Part shown: piece after piece, positions 7,633 to 16,897 of the stretch
Layout: each line of letters begins with the position of its first letter
Numbering within the stretch: the stretch's first letter is position 1
Source of the DNA: a virus
Taxonomy: Duplodnaviria; Caudoviricetes
DNA length: 64,000 nucleotides
Reading direction: 5' to 3' (one strand)
Virus record (IMG/VR): IMGVR_UViG_3300021958_011541
Span: 16,001-80,000 of that record
The notes under the pieces: model-generated
Databases searched by the model: none
What the model saw: only the letters and a program-made list of their open reading frames with translations
What the model was told of the DNA's origin: nothing
Program-made: the position numbers and the translations under genes

Positions 7633-8902
7633 TATCTAAAACAGGCTCTCCTTTGTTTGAAACCTGAAAAGGTCGCCCAGAAGGAGAGTAATGAATATCA
7701 TTTAATGATAAACCCATTAAATGAGCAATTGTTGCATTTAAATCTTCAGGTTGAATAGGGTTTTCGACAACCTCCATAGCTCTATCATCGCTTTGCCCAT
7801 AAGTTGTTCCTCCCTTAATGCCTCCACCCACTAGCAAAGCAGAAAAAGCTTTCGGCCAATGATCTCTTCCGTTTCCTGGATTAATAATTGGCGTTCTGCC
7901 GAATTCAGAAGTTAAAACAACTAAAGTATCATAAAGCATGCCTCTAATTTCTAAATCTTGAAGCAAGGCACTAACAGCTTTATCTACATCTTGACAATTT
8001 GCCTCAACCCTTTCGAAATTATTACTATGCGTATCCCAACCGCCTTTCGTAACCTCTATATACCTAACATTGTGTTCTGCTAATCTTCGAGCGAGCAAGC
8101 AACCTTGCCCAAAGTTCGAAGAGCCATATAATTCATGCATGGATTCTGGTTCCGCAGTAATATCAAAAGCTTCAATGTCTTTACTTCTCATTAATTTTAC
8201 AGCATCTTTATATAAATCACTATAAGCTCTAACTTGTTTTTGGTTATATTTATTTACAAAATCTGAATTTAATGTTTGAGAGAGTAATATTCTGCTGTCA
8301 AATTGACTTTCGGTTAAATATTCATGCATTTTACTATTTGCGAGTCCAGCTTTTGGGTTTCCGATAGGTACTGCGTTATATTTTGCCTCAAGAAATCCAG
8401 CGTTTCCTCCTGCTCCGCCTCCAATTTTTACATGGGGTGGTATGCTTCTATTTAATGTTCCAGTTAATTTTACCGCCCAACTTCCAAAAGTAGGATGAGT
8501 AATCGTTCCTCGCTTCTGATAGCTCGTATGCATCAGATAGCTGGCTTGCATATGAGCTCCTTGGTTGCTAGTTAAAGACCTTATGATTGCTCCATTATGT
8601 AAGTGTTGGCCAATCTTTTGGAAATTCTGAGATATAAAAATTCCGTCTGCACTGGTTGGAACTGCTTCAACTGGGCCTTGAACTTCTGGGCCAGAATCTG
8701 GCTTTGGATCTAATGTGTCTATGTGAGACATTGCACCTGCCATATTTAAGTATATGACTTTGCGAGCCTTAGCAATCTTTTTTGTTGTTTCTATTCCATG
8801 CGCAAGATTATGGATGTAGTTGCCTGTCAGAGAAAATAAACCTACTCCGAGACAACTCTTAGCCATGCTTGCTATTACTTGTCTGCGAGATAATTCGTTC
8901 AT
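7619..8902 (-). CDS. DUF1501 family protein with twin-arginine signal
   Basis: SRRQVI Tat-like motif; VIYLNMAGAMSHIDTLDPKP, GQGCLLARRL, GGWDTH, SEFGRTP, GRDHWP. Confidence 0.9.
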   Translation of the reverse strand: MNELSRRQVIASMAKSCLGVGLFSLTGNYIHNLAHGIETTKKIAKARKVIYLNMAGAMSHIDTLDPKPDSGPEVQGPVEAVPTSADGIFISQNFQKIGQHLHNGAIIRSLTSNQGAHMQASYLMHTSYQKRGTITHPTFGSWAVKLTGTLNRSIPPHVKIGGGAGGNAGFLEAKYNAVPIGNPKAGLANSKMHEYLTESQFDSRILLSQTLNSDFVNKYNQKQVRAYSDLYKDAVKLMRSKDIEAFDITAEPESMHELYGSSNFGQGCLLARRLAEHNVRYIEVTKGGWDTHSNNFERVEANCQDVDKAVSALLQDLEIRGMLYDTLVVLTSEFGRTPIINPGNGRDHWPKAFSALLVGGGIKGGTTYGQSDDRAMEVVENPIQPEDLNATIAHLMGLSLNDIHYSPSGRPFQVSNKGEPVLDIISI

Positions 8903-8929
8903 TGTGTTTTTTTGTTTGGGTTAATAAAA

Positions 8930-9363
8930 TGGTGGAGGTGGCGGGAGTTGAACCCGCGTCCTGATAGCCTTCAAGCTAACACGTCTACAAGTATAGTTAA
9001 TTTTTTTTATGGTTTTGATATTAACATCCAACCCTCTGTTTCAATTATTCACCTAGAACTAGGGCCCCCGAATACTCAGTGGTACAGTTTTTGATACAGA
9101 TAAACTTTTTCTGTTTTGCAGATCGATGACCCCTTTGCCTCTTTATCTGCGTCAAGAAGTAAGAGGCTAACAGCCTATGCTGCTAGGGCGAGCTTGCGGC
9201 TCTTGTAACCGAAGCGCTTTGCAGCGATACGATTTTTGAAGCCGAGAGCTCTAACATGTTTTTTAGCGCCATGTAAAGCTTTTGCACATTGATAGGGGAG
9301 CCGTAGTGCAATCTCCCTCTTGCAGTGTTAGAATTCAACTTCAGTCAAATCCAGAACACCCCC
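8930..9363 (-). ncRNA. ssrA: tmRNA, one-piece, 434 nt
   Basis: 5' GGGGGTG pairs with 3' CACCTCC-ACCA including G3.U70; T-arm GCGGG-TTCAACT-CCCGC; internal reading frame ends LALAA-stop (9285-9175). Confidence 0.97.
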
Positions 9364-9393
9364 ATAAACTGTTAAAGAACTAAGTATAGTATA

Positions 9394-9398
9394 TACAC
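9394..9398 (-). promoter_or_regulatory. GTGTA motif upstream of the tmRNA
   Basis: GTGTATATACT 30 nt before the mature 5' end. Confidence 0.5.
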
Positions 9399-9406
9399 TA
9401 GAAAAG

Positions 9407-11857
9407 TTAAGTCAAATTAATTTTTAACTTTCCTTTTGAAATACTAAGAGTTAAACTCGAGGAAGATATTGGACAAGAGGAAGACTTACTTTCTAAAATT
9501 ATTTTAGCAAGGTCATTTTCTAATTCTTTTTTAATTATATGTTTAACTGGCCTTGCCCCATCATTTAATTTAATTGCTTTATCTGAAATATATTTGTATA
9601 CAGCAGGTTTAACGACAATATTATTAATCGAAGAATTGATTTTAGAAAGACTTTTGTCTAGCTCTAATTTAGAAATTTTGAGTAAATCTTGTTCTGAAAA
9701 TGTATTAAATACAGCAAAAGTTTCTATACGATTAACTAATTCAGGTTTTAATTTTTTCTTTGCCGCTTCAAGAATTTTATCAGTTTGATCTTCCTTGGTA
9801 TTTGAACTCATGAAACCAACTGTAGAGCTTTTTTTAAGAAAGTCTGATCCAATATTTCCTGTTATTATAATAATACAGTTTCGAAAAGAAATCAATCTTC
9901 CCGAGCTATCAGTTAATTTTCCTTCTTCAAGAATTTGAAGCAATAAATTTGTTACATCTTCGTGAGCCTTTTCCACTTCGTCAAAAAGCAAAACCGAATA
10001 AGGTTTTTTTCTAACTCTTTCTGTCAAAGCTCCAGAAGATTCAAAGCCTACATATCCTGGTGAAGCTCCCACAAATTTTGCCGTTGAAGCTTGTTCTGAA
10101 TACTCTGACATATCAATATGTATTAAGCTTTTTTTATCTCCAAAAGCTAAATTTGCAACTTGTTTTGCTAAGTATGTTTTTCCTACACCACTAGTTCCCA
10201 GACATAAAAAACTACCTATTGGCTTTTCTTCATCTTTTAAACCTGCCTTATTTCTAATTAAGGTCTCGCAAATAGAGTGAATTGCTTCGCCTTGGCCAAT
10301 AACAACGTTTTTAAGTAAAGATTCTAGCTTTAAAAATTTGTCAGCTTCTGAAGTTGAAATGTCATCAATTGGAACTCCAGTTTTTTGAGATACAACTTTA
10401 TATAAATCTTTTTTACTAACTACAATTTCTTTAGAAGTGGAGTCTTCTGCCCAATCTTCAATAACTTCTTGGTATTTTTTCATTAACTTGTCTCTTTTTC
10501 GCATAATAATATTAGGCTCGCTTGATTTTAGCTCGACTTCGTATAGTTTATTAATTTCTGATTCAATCAGCAATGCTTCTTCGGGCCTTTTGAATGCATG
10601 AATTTTTGATTTTGCCCCTGCTTGATCAATTAAATCAATTGCTTTATCTGGCAATTGTCGATCTAATATAAATCTCGAAGCAAGCTTTATAGATTCTTCT
10701 AATAATTCATCTTCATATCTTACTCCATGAAAAATTTCATACTTTTCTTTTAAACCTTTAAGAATCTCAAGGCAATCTTTTTCATTTGGCTCTTCTATTA
10801 AAATAGGTTGAAACCTTCTATCTAATGCTGCGTCTTTTAAAATTGTTTTTCTATATTCTTCTTGGGTCGTTGCGCCTATGCACATGATATCTCCCCTGGC
10901 AAGCATAGGTTTAAGTATATTGGCTGCATCCATTGTACCCTCTGCACTACCAGCTCCAACTATCGAGTGTATTTCATCAATAAATACAATTGCATTTGGG
11001 TCTTTTTTAATTTCATCCATAGTATTCTTTAAACGTTCTTCAAACTGACCTCTATATTTCGTGCCTGCAATCATGCTTGCCATATCTAAAGAGTAAATTT
11101 TTTTCTTGTATAAAAATTCAGTTACAGTTCCTTCGATAATTTTTTGAGTTAAACCTTCTATCACTGCAGTTTTTCCTACACCAGCATCCCCTAAAAGAAT
11201 CGGATTATTCTTACTTCTCCTACAAAGAACTTCTGAAATATCTTTAATTTCTTTATCTCTGCCTATGACTTTATCATACTTTCCCAGTTCTGCTTTAGAA
11301 TTCATACAAAAGAAAAAATTAGATTTAAGAGATTCTTTATTGTCTTCAATTTCTTTTGGAAGATACTTGGCTTCCGCAGATAATCTTGTAGATTCTAAAG
11401 TATCTGCACTTGATATCAAAAACTGAGATCTTATTGTCAGAATACAGGATTGTAAACTCACTTCATTGCTTAGAAAAAATTCAGAAATTAAATTTTCTTC
11501 CTTTTTGAAGATTGATAAAAGTATGTGTTGTACTCCTATGTAATCATGCTCGTGCTTTTCTGCTTCCAATACTGCTCCGCCCAAAATAGATTTGTATTCT
11601 GCTGAAAAATAATTTTTTTTCGTTGGAGATGTTTGATTCTTTTTTAGTTTTTTAGAAATAAAAATTGTGAGATCTTTTCTATTCAAAGAAAAAGTATCAA
11701 ATAAAACCTCCAACGCTTGATTGTCAACTTTAGCTAATGCTAAACATAAGTGGTCTTCATTCACTACTCTTTTGTTATAAGAAAGCGCAAGCTTTCTTGA
11801 AGCTGCAATAATTTCTTGCGCTCTTGGGGTAAAATTAGGTTTAAGGTCCATATTCAT
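9407..11857 (-). CDS. clpC: ClpC-type AAA+ chaperone/protease ATPase subunit
   Basis: Clp-N domain, GDAGVGKT and GTSGVGKT Walker A motifs, GTKYRGQFEERL, short middle domain, VGF ClpP-docking loop. Confidence 0.9.
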   Translation of the reverse strand: MNMDLKPNFTPRAQEIIAASRKLALSYNKRVVNEDHLCLALAKVDNQALEVLFDTFSLNRKDLTIFISKKLKKNQTSPTKKNYFSAEYKSILGGAVLEAEKHEHDYIGVQHILLSIFKKEENLISEFFLSNEVSLQSCILTIRSQFLISSADTLESTRLSAEAKYLPKEIEDNKESLKSNFFFCMNSKAELGKYDKVIGRDKEIKDISEVLCRRSKNNPILLGDAGVGKTAVIEGLTQKIIEGTVTEFLYKKKIYSLDMASMIAGTKYRGQFEERLKNTMDEIKKDPNAIVFIDEIHSIVGAGSAEGTMDAANILKPMLARGDIMCIGATTQEEYRKTILKDAALDRRFQPILIEEPNEKDCLEILKGLKEKYEIFHGVRYEDELLEESIKLASRFILDRQLPDKAIDLIDQAGAKSKIHAFKRPEEALLIESEINKLYEVELKSSEPNIIMRKRDKLMKKYQEVIEDWAEDSTSKEIVVSKKDLYKVVSQKTGVPIDDISTSEADKFLKLESLLKNVVIGQGEAIHSICETLIRNKAGLKDEEKPIGSFLCLGTSGVGKTYLAKQVANLAFGDKKSLIHIDMSEYSEQASTAKFVGASPGYVGFESSGALTERVRKKPYSVLLFDEVEKAHEDVTNLLLQILEEGKLTDSSGRLISFRNCIIIITGNIGSDFLKKSSTVGFMSSNTKEDQTDKILEAAKKKLKPELVNRIETFAVFNTFSEQDLLKISKLELDKSLSKINSSINNIVVKPAVYKYISDKAIKLNDGARPVKHIIKKELENDLAKIILESKSSSCPISSSSLTLSISKGKLKINLT

Positions 11858-11868
11858 AATAGGTTACA

Positions 11869-14439
11869 CTAATCTACATCACTAAGTTTCATATAAATCT
11901 TGTGATCTAAGATATTCATGCTGTTTGCGAATAAAATATCATCTCCCTTTCTTCCAGTTACTGTAATTATATTGCCTTTCTCTGGAATAATTCCGCCAGA
12001 ATCGGTATATTTTGATAAAGTTAATCTATTTCCAAAGTCTCCCATCATAATATCCATACTTCCCACTTCATCAGTCATTGTTAGTTTAACATAAGGATTT
12101 CCATTTCTGGACTTTCTTTTTATAACATCCGATACAGTGCCTATAAAAACGTCAGACTCGTCTTTAGATAAAGATCTAAAATCAAAACTGTCTTTTATAA
12201 GATGTCCCGAGGACTTAAAAATTGAGTTAAGTTTACAGGTATAAGAATATCCTAATAATTTATTCTCGAAATACCAATTTGCAAATAATTCATGAGATTT
12301 ATTTTTGTCATAGATTTTTTTATAAGAATCAAATTTCTTTTTAAATGTTGCAAAACGCTTTTCTGTCATTAGTTTTTTGCCGTCATCTCCTACCAATATT
12401 CCTTTTTTTGCATCTGAAATTGCTTTTAATAAACTAAAGTTATACTTTTCTCCTAACTGATAAAAGTTTCTTTTTTCCCTCTCAGTTAATAGATTAAAAG
12501 ACTGGGCTTCCAAAACTAAAAGCGATCGATTGGTTTTATAGCTAGACAGCGCTCCTGCCTGAATTAAGGAAGATAAGGCTCCAATGTTTAGGCCCGCTTG
12601 CTTTGCAGCAATAAAGATATCGTATTTATTTGGAGTGTCTGAATCTCTAAAATCTCTCAGAGCTTCAAAGGATTTTTCGCTAACACCCTTAATGCTATTT
12701 AAGCCAAATCTAATGTTTGATTCTTCTATAGAAAAGTCTATGTTTGACTTAGCTAAATCAGGAGGAAGTAATTGAAAATTAAACCGAGAAAGTTCTTGGC
12801 AAATCTTATTGATTTCTTCCTGAGGAGACGGCTCGAATTTAGTCATCTTAAGCAAAGATAAGAAAAACTGTTGAGGATATTTAAATTTTAAGTATACTGT
12901 CCAAGCAGAAAGTATTGCATAACTGATACTGTGAGACTTATTAAAAGAATAGTTTGCGCTATCTTCTGCAACCCTCCACAGAACATCTCCTGCATCTTCT
13001 GAAAGATTGTTTTCTTCAATTTTAGATTTGATTTTTTCTTGCCAAGCAGGCATTTGATCTACCTTTTTCTTTCCAACGATTCTTCTTAATTGCTCGGCTT
13101 CATCAAGAGTGAAGCCTATTTTAACCGCCATTTGCATTAACTGTTCTTGGTAAAGAGGAATGCCTGCTGTAGGCTCTAAAATTTCATCAAATAGTTCGTG
13201 AACGCTTTGAGAGTTTCCTGTTTCTCTATAGGCCGAGTAGTCGTTTAAAAAATCTAGGGCTCCAGGCCTTGCAATAGCAATTACAGCACTAAGCTCATCT
13301 AGATTTCTAGGTTTAATTTTTTTGCATACTCTAAAATCTGTATCCGCTTCAATTTGAAATATTCCATGAGGAGAAATCAAGTCTTGCAAGCTATCATATA
13401 TAAGCTTGTCTGAAGTCTTGATGTCTTGAGGTTTGATATTTAAAGCATTACAAGTATTGTATATTACACTCAAAGTTCTTAAGCCTAAAATGTCAAACTT
13501 AACAGTAAGTTCTGCTACCCAATTCATATCATAACCACTAATAATATCTCCTTCGGAGTTGGTCTGTAAGGGGCAAATATCCTCTAATTTTTGATATGAA
13601 ATTGCTATGCCACTTGGGTGAACGCCTGTATTTTTATTAAGGCCCTCTAACTTTTTTGCAATTTTTATAATGTGCTTGTTATCTTTAGACCAAGCGTTAA
13701 ACTTTTCGCTTTCTTTTGCAGCTTCTTCTATAGGTAAGACTTTACCAAACCTTTTAGGAATAAAGTCGCTAACTTCATTTACTTCTTGTTCTGTAAGATT
13801 ACCTACTAATTTACCACATTCTTTAATGCAAAGTTTGGAGCTTAGGGTATTAAGCGTTAAGATTTTGCATGTTCTTGATGGATACTTATTTTCAATATAT
13901 TTAATTACTTTTTGTCTATGTTCGTAAGCAATATCATTATCTACGTCTGCAAGTAGACTGCCATCTAAATAAGTTATACCATTCTCTTCTATTTTCTTTG
14001 CCCTACTCTTAGAAACAAATCGCTCAAAGAATAAATCGTTCTCTATAGGATCTACTTGCGTTACCCCAATAAGATAAAGAACTAAACTACCTGCAGCAGA
14101 GCCTCTTCCTGGCCCTGTAGGTATGTTATTGTTATGGCAATAATTTAATATATCCCAGTTAAGCAATATATAATCTATGAAACCTAGTTCATTAAGAATT
14201 GATAGCTCTTCCTTTACCCTTTCTTTGTAAGATTTAATATTCTTTTTATTAATAGGTTTTTCTTTTAAGCCTTGAAGGCATAAAGATGTCAGGAATTTTG
14301 TATTCGAAGAATCTGCACTTAAGCCTAACCCTTCATACATTTCTTTCTCGATAATAATTTCTGGCAATCTTACTCCAGGAGGAGCAAAATTTTTGTAAGT
14401 TTCAAACCCTTCTTCAAAACTCATATTTCTACCTCCCAT
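11869..14439 (-). CDS. dnaE: DNA polymerase III alpha catalytic core lacking the PHP domain; likely start 14424
   Basis: GPGRGSAAGSL, DVDND, HPSG, KFDILGL, YSFNKSH, C-terminal OB fold; ATGA overlap with the exonuclease gene at 14421-14424. Confidence 0.95.
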   Translation of the reverse strand: MGGRNMSFEEGFETYKNFAPPGVRLPEIIIEKEMYEGLGLSADSSNTKFLTSLCLQGLKEKPINKKNIKSYKERVKEELSILNELGFIDYILLNWDILNYCHNNNIPTGPGRGSAAGSLVLYLIGVTQVDPIENDLFFERFVSKSRAKKIEENGITYLDGSLLADVDNDIAYEHRQKVIKYIENKYPSRTCKILTLNTLSSKLCIKECGKLVGNLTEQEVNEVSDFIPKRFGKVLPIEEAAKESEKFNAWSKDNKHIIKIAKKLEGLNKNTGVHPSGIAISYQKLEDICPLQTNSEGDIISGYDMNWVAELTVKFDILGLRTLSVIYNTCNALNIKPQDIKTSDKLIYDSLQDLISPHGIFQIEADTDFRVCKKIKPRNLDELSAVIAIARPGALDFLNDYSAYRETGNSQSVHELFDEILEPTAGIPLYQEQLMQMAVKIGFTLDEAEQLRRIVGKKKVDQMPAWQEKIKSKIEENNLSEDAGDVLWRVAEDSANYSFNKSHSISYAILSAWTVYLKFKYPQQFFLSLLKMTKFEPSPQEEINKICQELSRFNFQLLPPDLAKSNIDFSIEESNIRFGLNSIKGVSEKSFEALRDFRDSDTPNKYDIFIAAKQAGLNIGALSSLIQAGALSSYKTNRSLLVLEAQSFNLLTEREKRNFYQLGEKYNFSLLKAISDAKKGILVGDDGKKLMTEKRFATFKKKFDSYKKIYDKNKSHELFANWYFENKLLGYSYTCKLNSIFKSSGHLIKDSFDFRSLSKDESDVFIGTVSDVIKRKSRNGNPYVKLTMTDEVGSMDIMMGDFGNRLTLSKYTDSGGIIPEKGNIITVTGRKGDDILFANSMNILDHKIYMKLSDVD

Positions 14440-15062
14440 AATTGTTTTTTGAGCACTTCATAATTAATATTAATATCGTATAATGCATCATGAAGTTTAT
14501 TTGGATCAAAATCTATTTTATATTTCTTTGCACACATTTGCAAGCTTGTTCTTAAACCTTTTTCAATATGATTGTTTAGGCTATACTGCCAGCAAATAGA
14601 GCTTTTATTCTGGGGTTTTGTAAGCTTTTTAGCTATACCTTTTGCTAGGCAATTTGTGTCAATAATTCTATTGATATAACTATAATCAGAAGACATATTT
14701 AAAAGCTTTCTATGTATATTATGAATATATACATCAAAACCTAAAACATTATGACCTGCTGGAATATATTCTTCGTTATAAAGATAAGACTCAAAATGAG
14801 ATAAAACTTCTAAAGGGCAGACAGCGAGTTTATTATACTTTGCCATTGAGAAACCAGTAATTTTTGCCGCGTCTTTAGAAATTTCTAAGTCGTCCCATTT
14901 TAAATAATAATCATGGGTTTCGAGGACTTTGTTGTTAGCAGCTATAATAAAAGATAACTGCCAAGGTTTGTTCTTTGTGCTGCAAAGATTGAGATTGCAA
15001 GTTTCATAATCAAAGATTAGGAATTTTTGATTTTTATTAAATCTTAATAAATTGTTATTCAT
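14421..15062 (-). CDS. DEDDh 3'-5' exonuclease (epsilon/DnaQ-like)
   Basis: IFDYET, GHNVLGFD, HDALYD. Confidence 0.92.
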   Translation of the reverse strand: MNNNLLRFNKNQKFLIFDYETCNLNLCSTKNKPWQLSFIIAANNKVLETHDYYLKWDDLEISKDAAKITGFSMAKYNKLAVCPLEVLSHFESYLYNEEYIPAGHNVLGFDVYIHNIHRKLLNMSSDYSYINRIIDTNCLAKGIAKKLTKPQNKSSICWQYSLNNHIEKGLRTSLQMCAKKYKIDFDPNKLHDALYDININYEVLKKQLWEVEI

Positions 15063-15067
15063 TGCAA

Positions 15068-15796
15068 TTAGATTTGTTGTAAGCTTTCAATACAAAATTC
15101 TTGGCTTCCGCAGTGATCTAGATTGGGACATTCCAAAGAAGTACTTTTACCTTTCCATCCTGATCGATTGCATATTAATTTATAAGATTGAAAAGCTGAA
15201 AAGTCTTCTCTATTTTTATAATAAATAGTTTTAACCATTTCAGTTTCAAGGTTATTCTTTTTTGCAAACTTTAATACTTCATCTTTTACAATTGAATCAA
15301 AAGGTAATTGATTTTCTTCTATAAATAAGGTTGGCTTAGTAAAATTAAAGCTGGGCATGCATTTTGAAAACAATAAAGTATTATTAAATATAAAAGAATC
15401 ATAAAAGGGGATTACAAGCTTAAGGTTTTCTTCGCTCCATAAGTTTTTAAAATCTTTAAGTAAAATACTGTTTCCTCCTTCACTAAAGGTTTTTGTGTAA
15501 ATTTTATTTAATAGCTTACAACCTTCTCCATTTTTTGCAAAGACTATTAATTTGTGACAGTCTCCCTTAGACGAGGTTGAATCCGACTCGCAAACTGAAA
15601 TTCTTAAACCAAACACAAAATCAATATCGTAACATTTACTCATTTTTGCTGTTTCTAGAAAACCAGTTAAGCTATCTTCTACGATAAAAATTTTTTTTAG
15701 TTTAAGGTCTCTAGCTATATCAAATATTCCTTCTCCTCCTCCGAGCCTGAGAATACTTTTACCTATACTGAAGTGAGATTTAAATAAAGGAATCAT
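15068..15796 (-). CDS. Stand-alone PHP domain of DnaE, metal ligands degenerate
   Basis: LFKSHFS...EDSLTGF...FGLRI...HKLIVFAKNGEG matches the PolIII-alpha N-terminal PHP pattern. Confidence 0.85.
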   Translation of the reverse strand: MIPLFKSHFSIGKSILRLGGGEGIFDIARDLKLKKIFIVEDSLTGFLETAKMSKCYDIDFVFGLRISVCESDSTSSKGDCHKLIVFAKNGEGCKLLNKIYTKTFSEGGNSILLKDFKNLWSEENLKLVIPFYDSFIFNNTLLFSKCMPSFNFTKPTLFIEENQLPFDSIVKDEVLKFAKKNNLETEMVKTIYYKNREDFSAFQSYKLICNRSGWKGKSTSLECPNLDHCGSQEFCIESLQQI

Positions 15797-15805
15797 ATGT
15801 GTTAT

Positions 15806-15834
15806 ATGATACCACCATGAAGCTATATTGTCAA
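15806..15834 (-). promoter_or_regulatory. Sigma70-type promoter for the PHP-exo-DnaE operon
   Basis: TTGACA-N17-TATCAT with TGn extension, 9 nt before the ATG. Confidence 0.8.
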
Positions 15835-16052
15835 GGTTTAAACTTCTCTAAAATGCTTTTTACAACTAACTCTCTAGTGTTATCTACCTCATCTGGAAGA
15901 CTAGTCTTTTTTCCTATAAGAGACTCAGCTTCAAGTATAGAATTATCTATAATTTTTTGCATTTCCCCACTGTATATTGAATGCTCTTTAATATAGTCTG
16001 CAAGAATCAATAAGTTTTCTATTGCAGTTTTTTGTTTTTTGTTTAACATCAT
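15831..16052 (-). CDS. Hypothetical protein
   Basis: 73-aa ORF; GTGTA at 16060-16064. Confidence 0.65.
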   Translation of the reverse strand: MMLNKKQKTAIENLLILADYIKEHSIYSGEMQKIIDNSILEAESLIGKKTSLPDEVDNTRELVVKSILEKFKP

Positions 16053-16897
16053 AATTTATTACACAAAAAATTATCCAAAGCAACTTCTTCAAAAGTTTGC
16101 AATTTTTCAAATTCAATTGGAGGTTGCAAGTAACAACAACCATCTGAAATATAAGGATTTGCCAAGTAAGCTCTATATGCAGGCATTCCAAACACAGAAA
16201 GTTTTTGATTGTAAATACTGCACACACCACTAAATGCAGACACTCCATATCTAAACAATATATCTGCTGATATCATATCGTGCATACATCTTTTTAATGG
16301 AGTTTTATAATGCGTATAGATTGAAAATTTAGGATCTCGATAAAGATCGTGGTCCCACTTTAAATGTAAATGTTCGTTTGAATAGATGTGTACGCTAATA
16401 AGATCGGCATTAACAGTTGCAAGCTTTCTAAAACAAGCAGGTATATAAGATTCAGGAGCCTCCCTGATTTCCCACATAGATTTATTAGGGTCGTTTCCCT
16501 CTTTATGTTTTTCTTTAGAGCATCCCCTGATATGTATTGCAACTTTCAAGCCTTTTGATGCTTTAAATTTTTCGGAATTTACTTTTTGTTCTAAGAAATA
16601 TTTATATCTTAATTTTGCAACAAAAGTTTTGTTAAATTTTATAGGGTTATACCTACAGAAATCTCTGGACAAGAAAGCTGGGATTATTTTATCTCCAATA
16701 TCTTCAATTGAATCTTTACAATCTGATGCAGGCTTACTGTTAAAACCTAAATTAAAAAAATTTTCAAAGTTTTTATACCTTTTAGGGAATGGCGTGTGAA
16801 AATACTCTAAATTATTAGCTTCTGCATAAGCCATGGCGTAAATCCTGCAATATAGTTGCATTCCTAGCTGGTCTTTTCTACTTGCGGTTATTTTCAT
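16049..16897 (-). CDS. Alpha-1,2-fucosyltransferase (GT11)-like protein
   Basis: DQLGMQL N-terminal motif, VAIHIRG, HDMISADIL. Confidence 0.6.
   Translation of the reverse strand: MKITASRKDQLGMQLYCRIYAMAYAEANNLEYFHTPFPKRYKNFENFFNLGFNSKPASDCKDSIEDIGDKIIPAFLSRDFCRYNPIKFNKTFVAKLRYKYFLEQKVNSEKFKASKGLKVAIHIRGCSKEKHKEGNDPNKSMWEIREAPESYIPACFRKLATVNADLISVHIYSNEHLHLKWDHDLYRDPKFSIYTHYKTPLKRCMHDMISADILFRYGVSAFSGVCSIYNQKLSVFGMPAYRAYLANPYISDGCCYLQPPIEFEKLQTFEEVALDNFLCNKL

Noticed and set aside
8930-8975. Apparent tRNA 3' half
   Set aside because: No anticodon arm; it pairs with the 5' end at 9363 as the tmRNA tRNA-like domain
8912-9094. Plus-strand 60-aa ORF (WWRWRELNPRP)
   Set aside because: It is the antisense reading of the tmRNA acceptor and T-arm, a typical tRNA-like shadow
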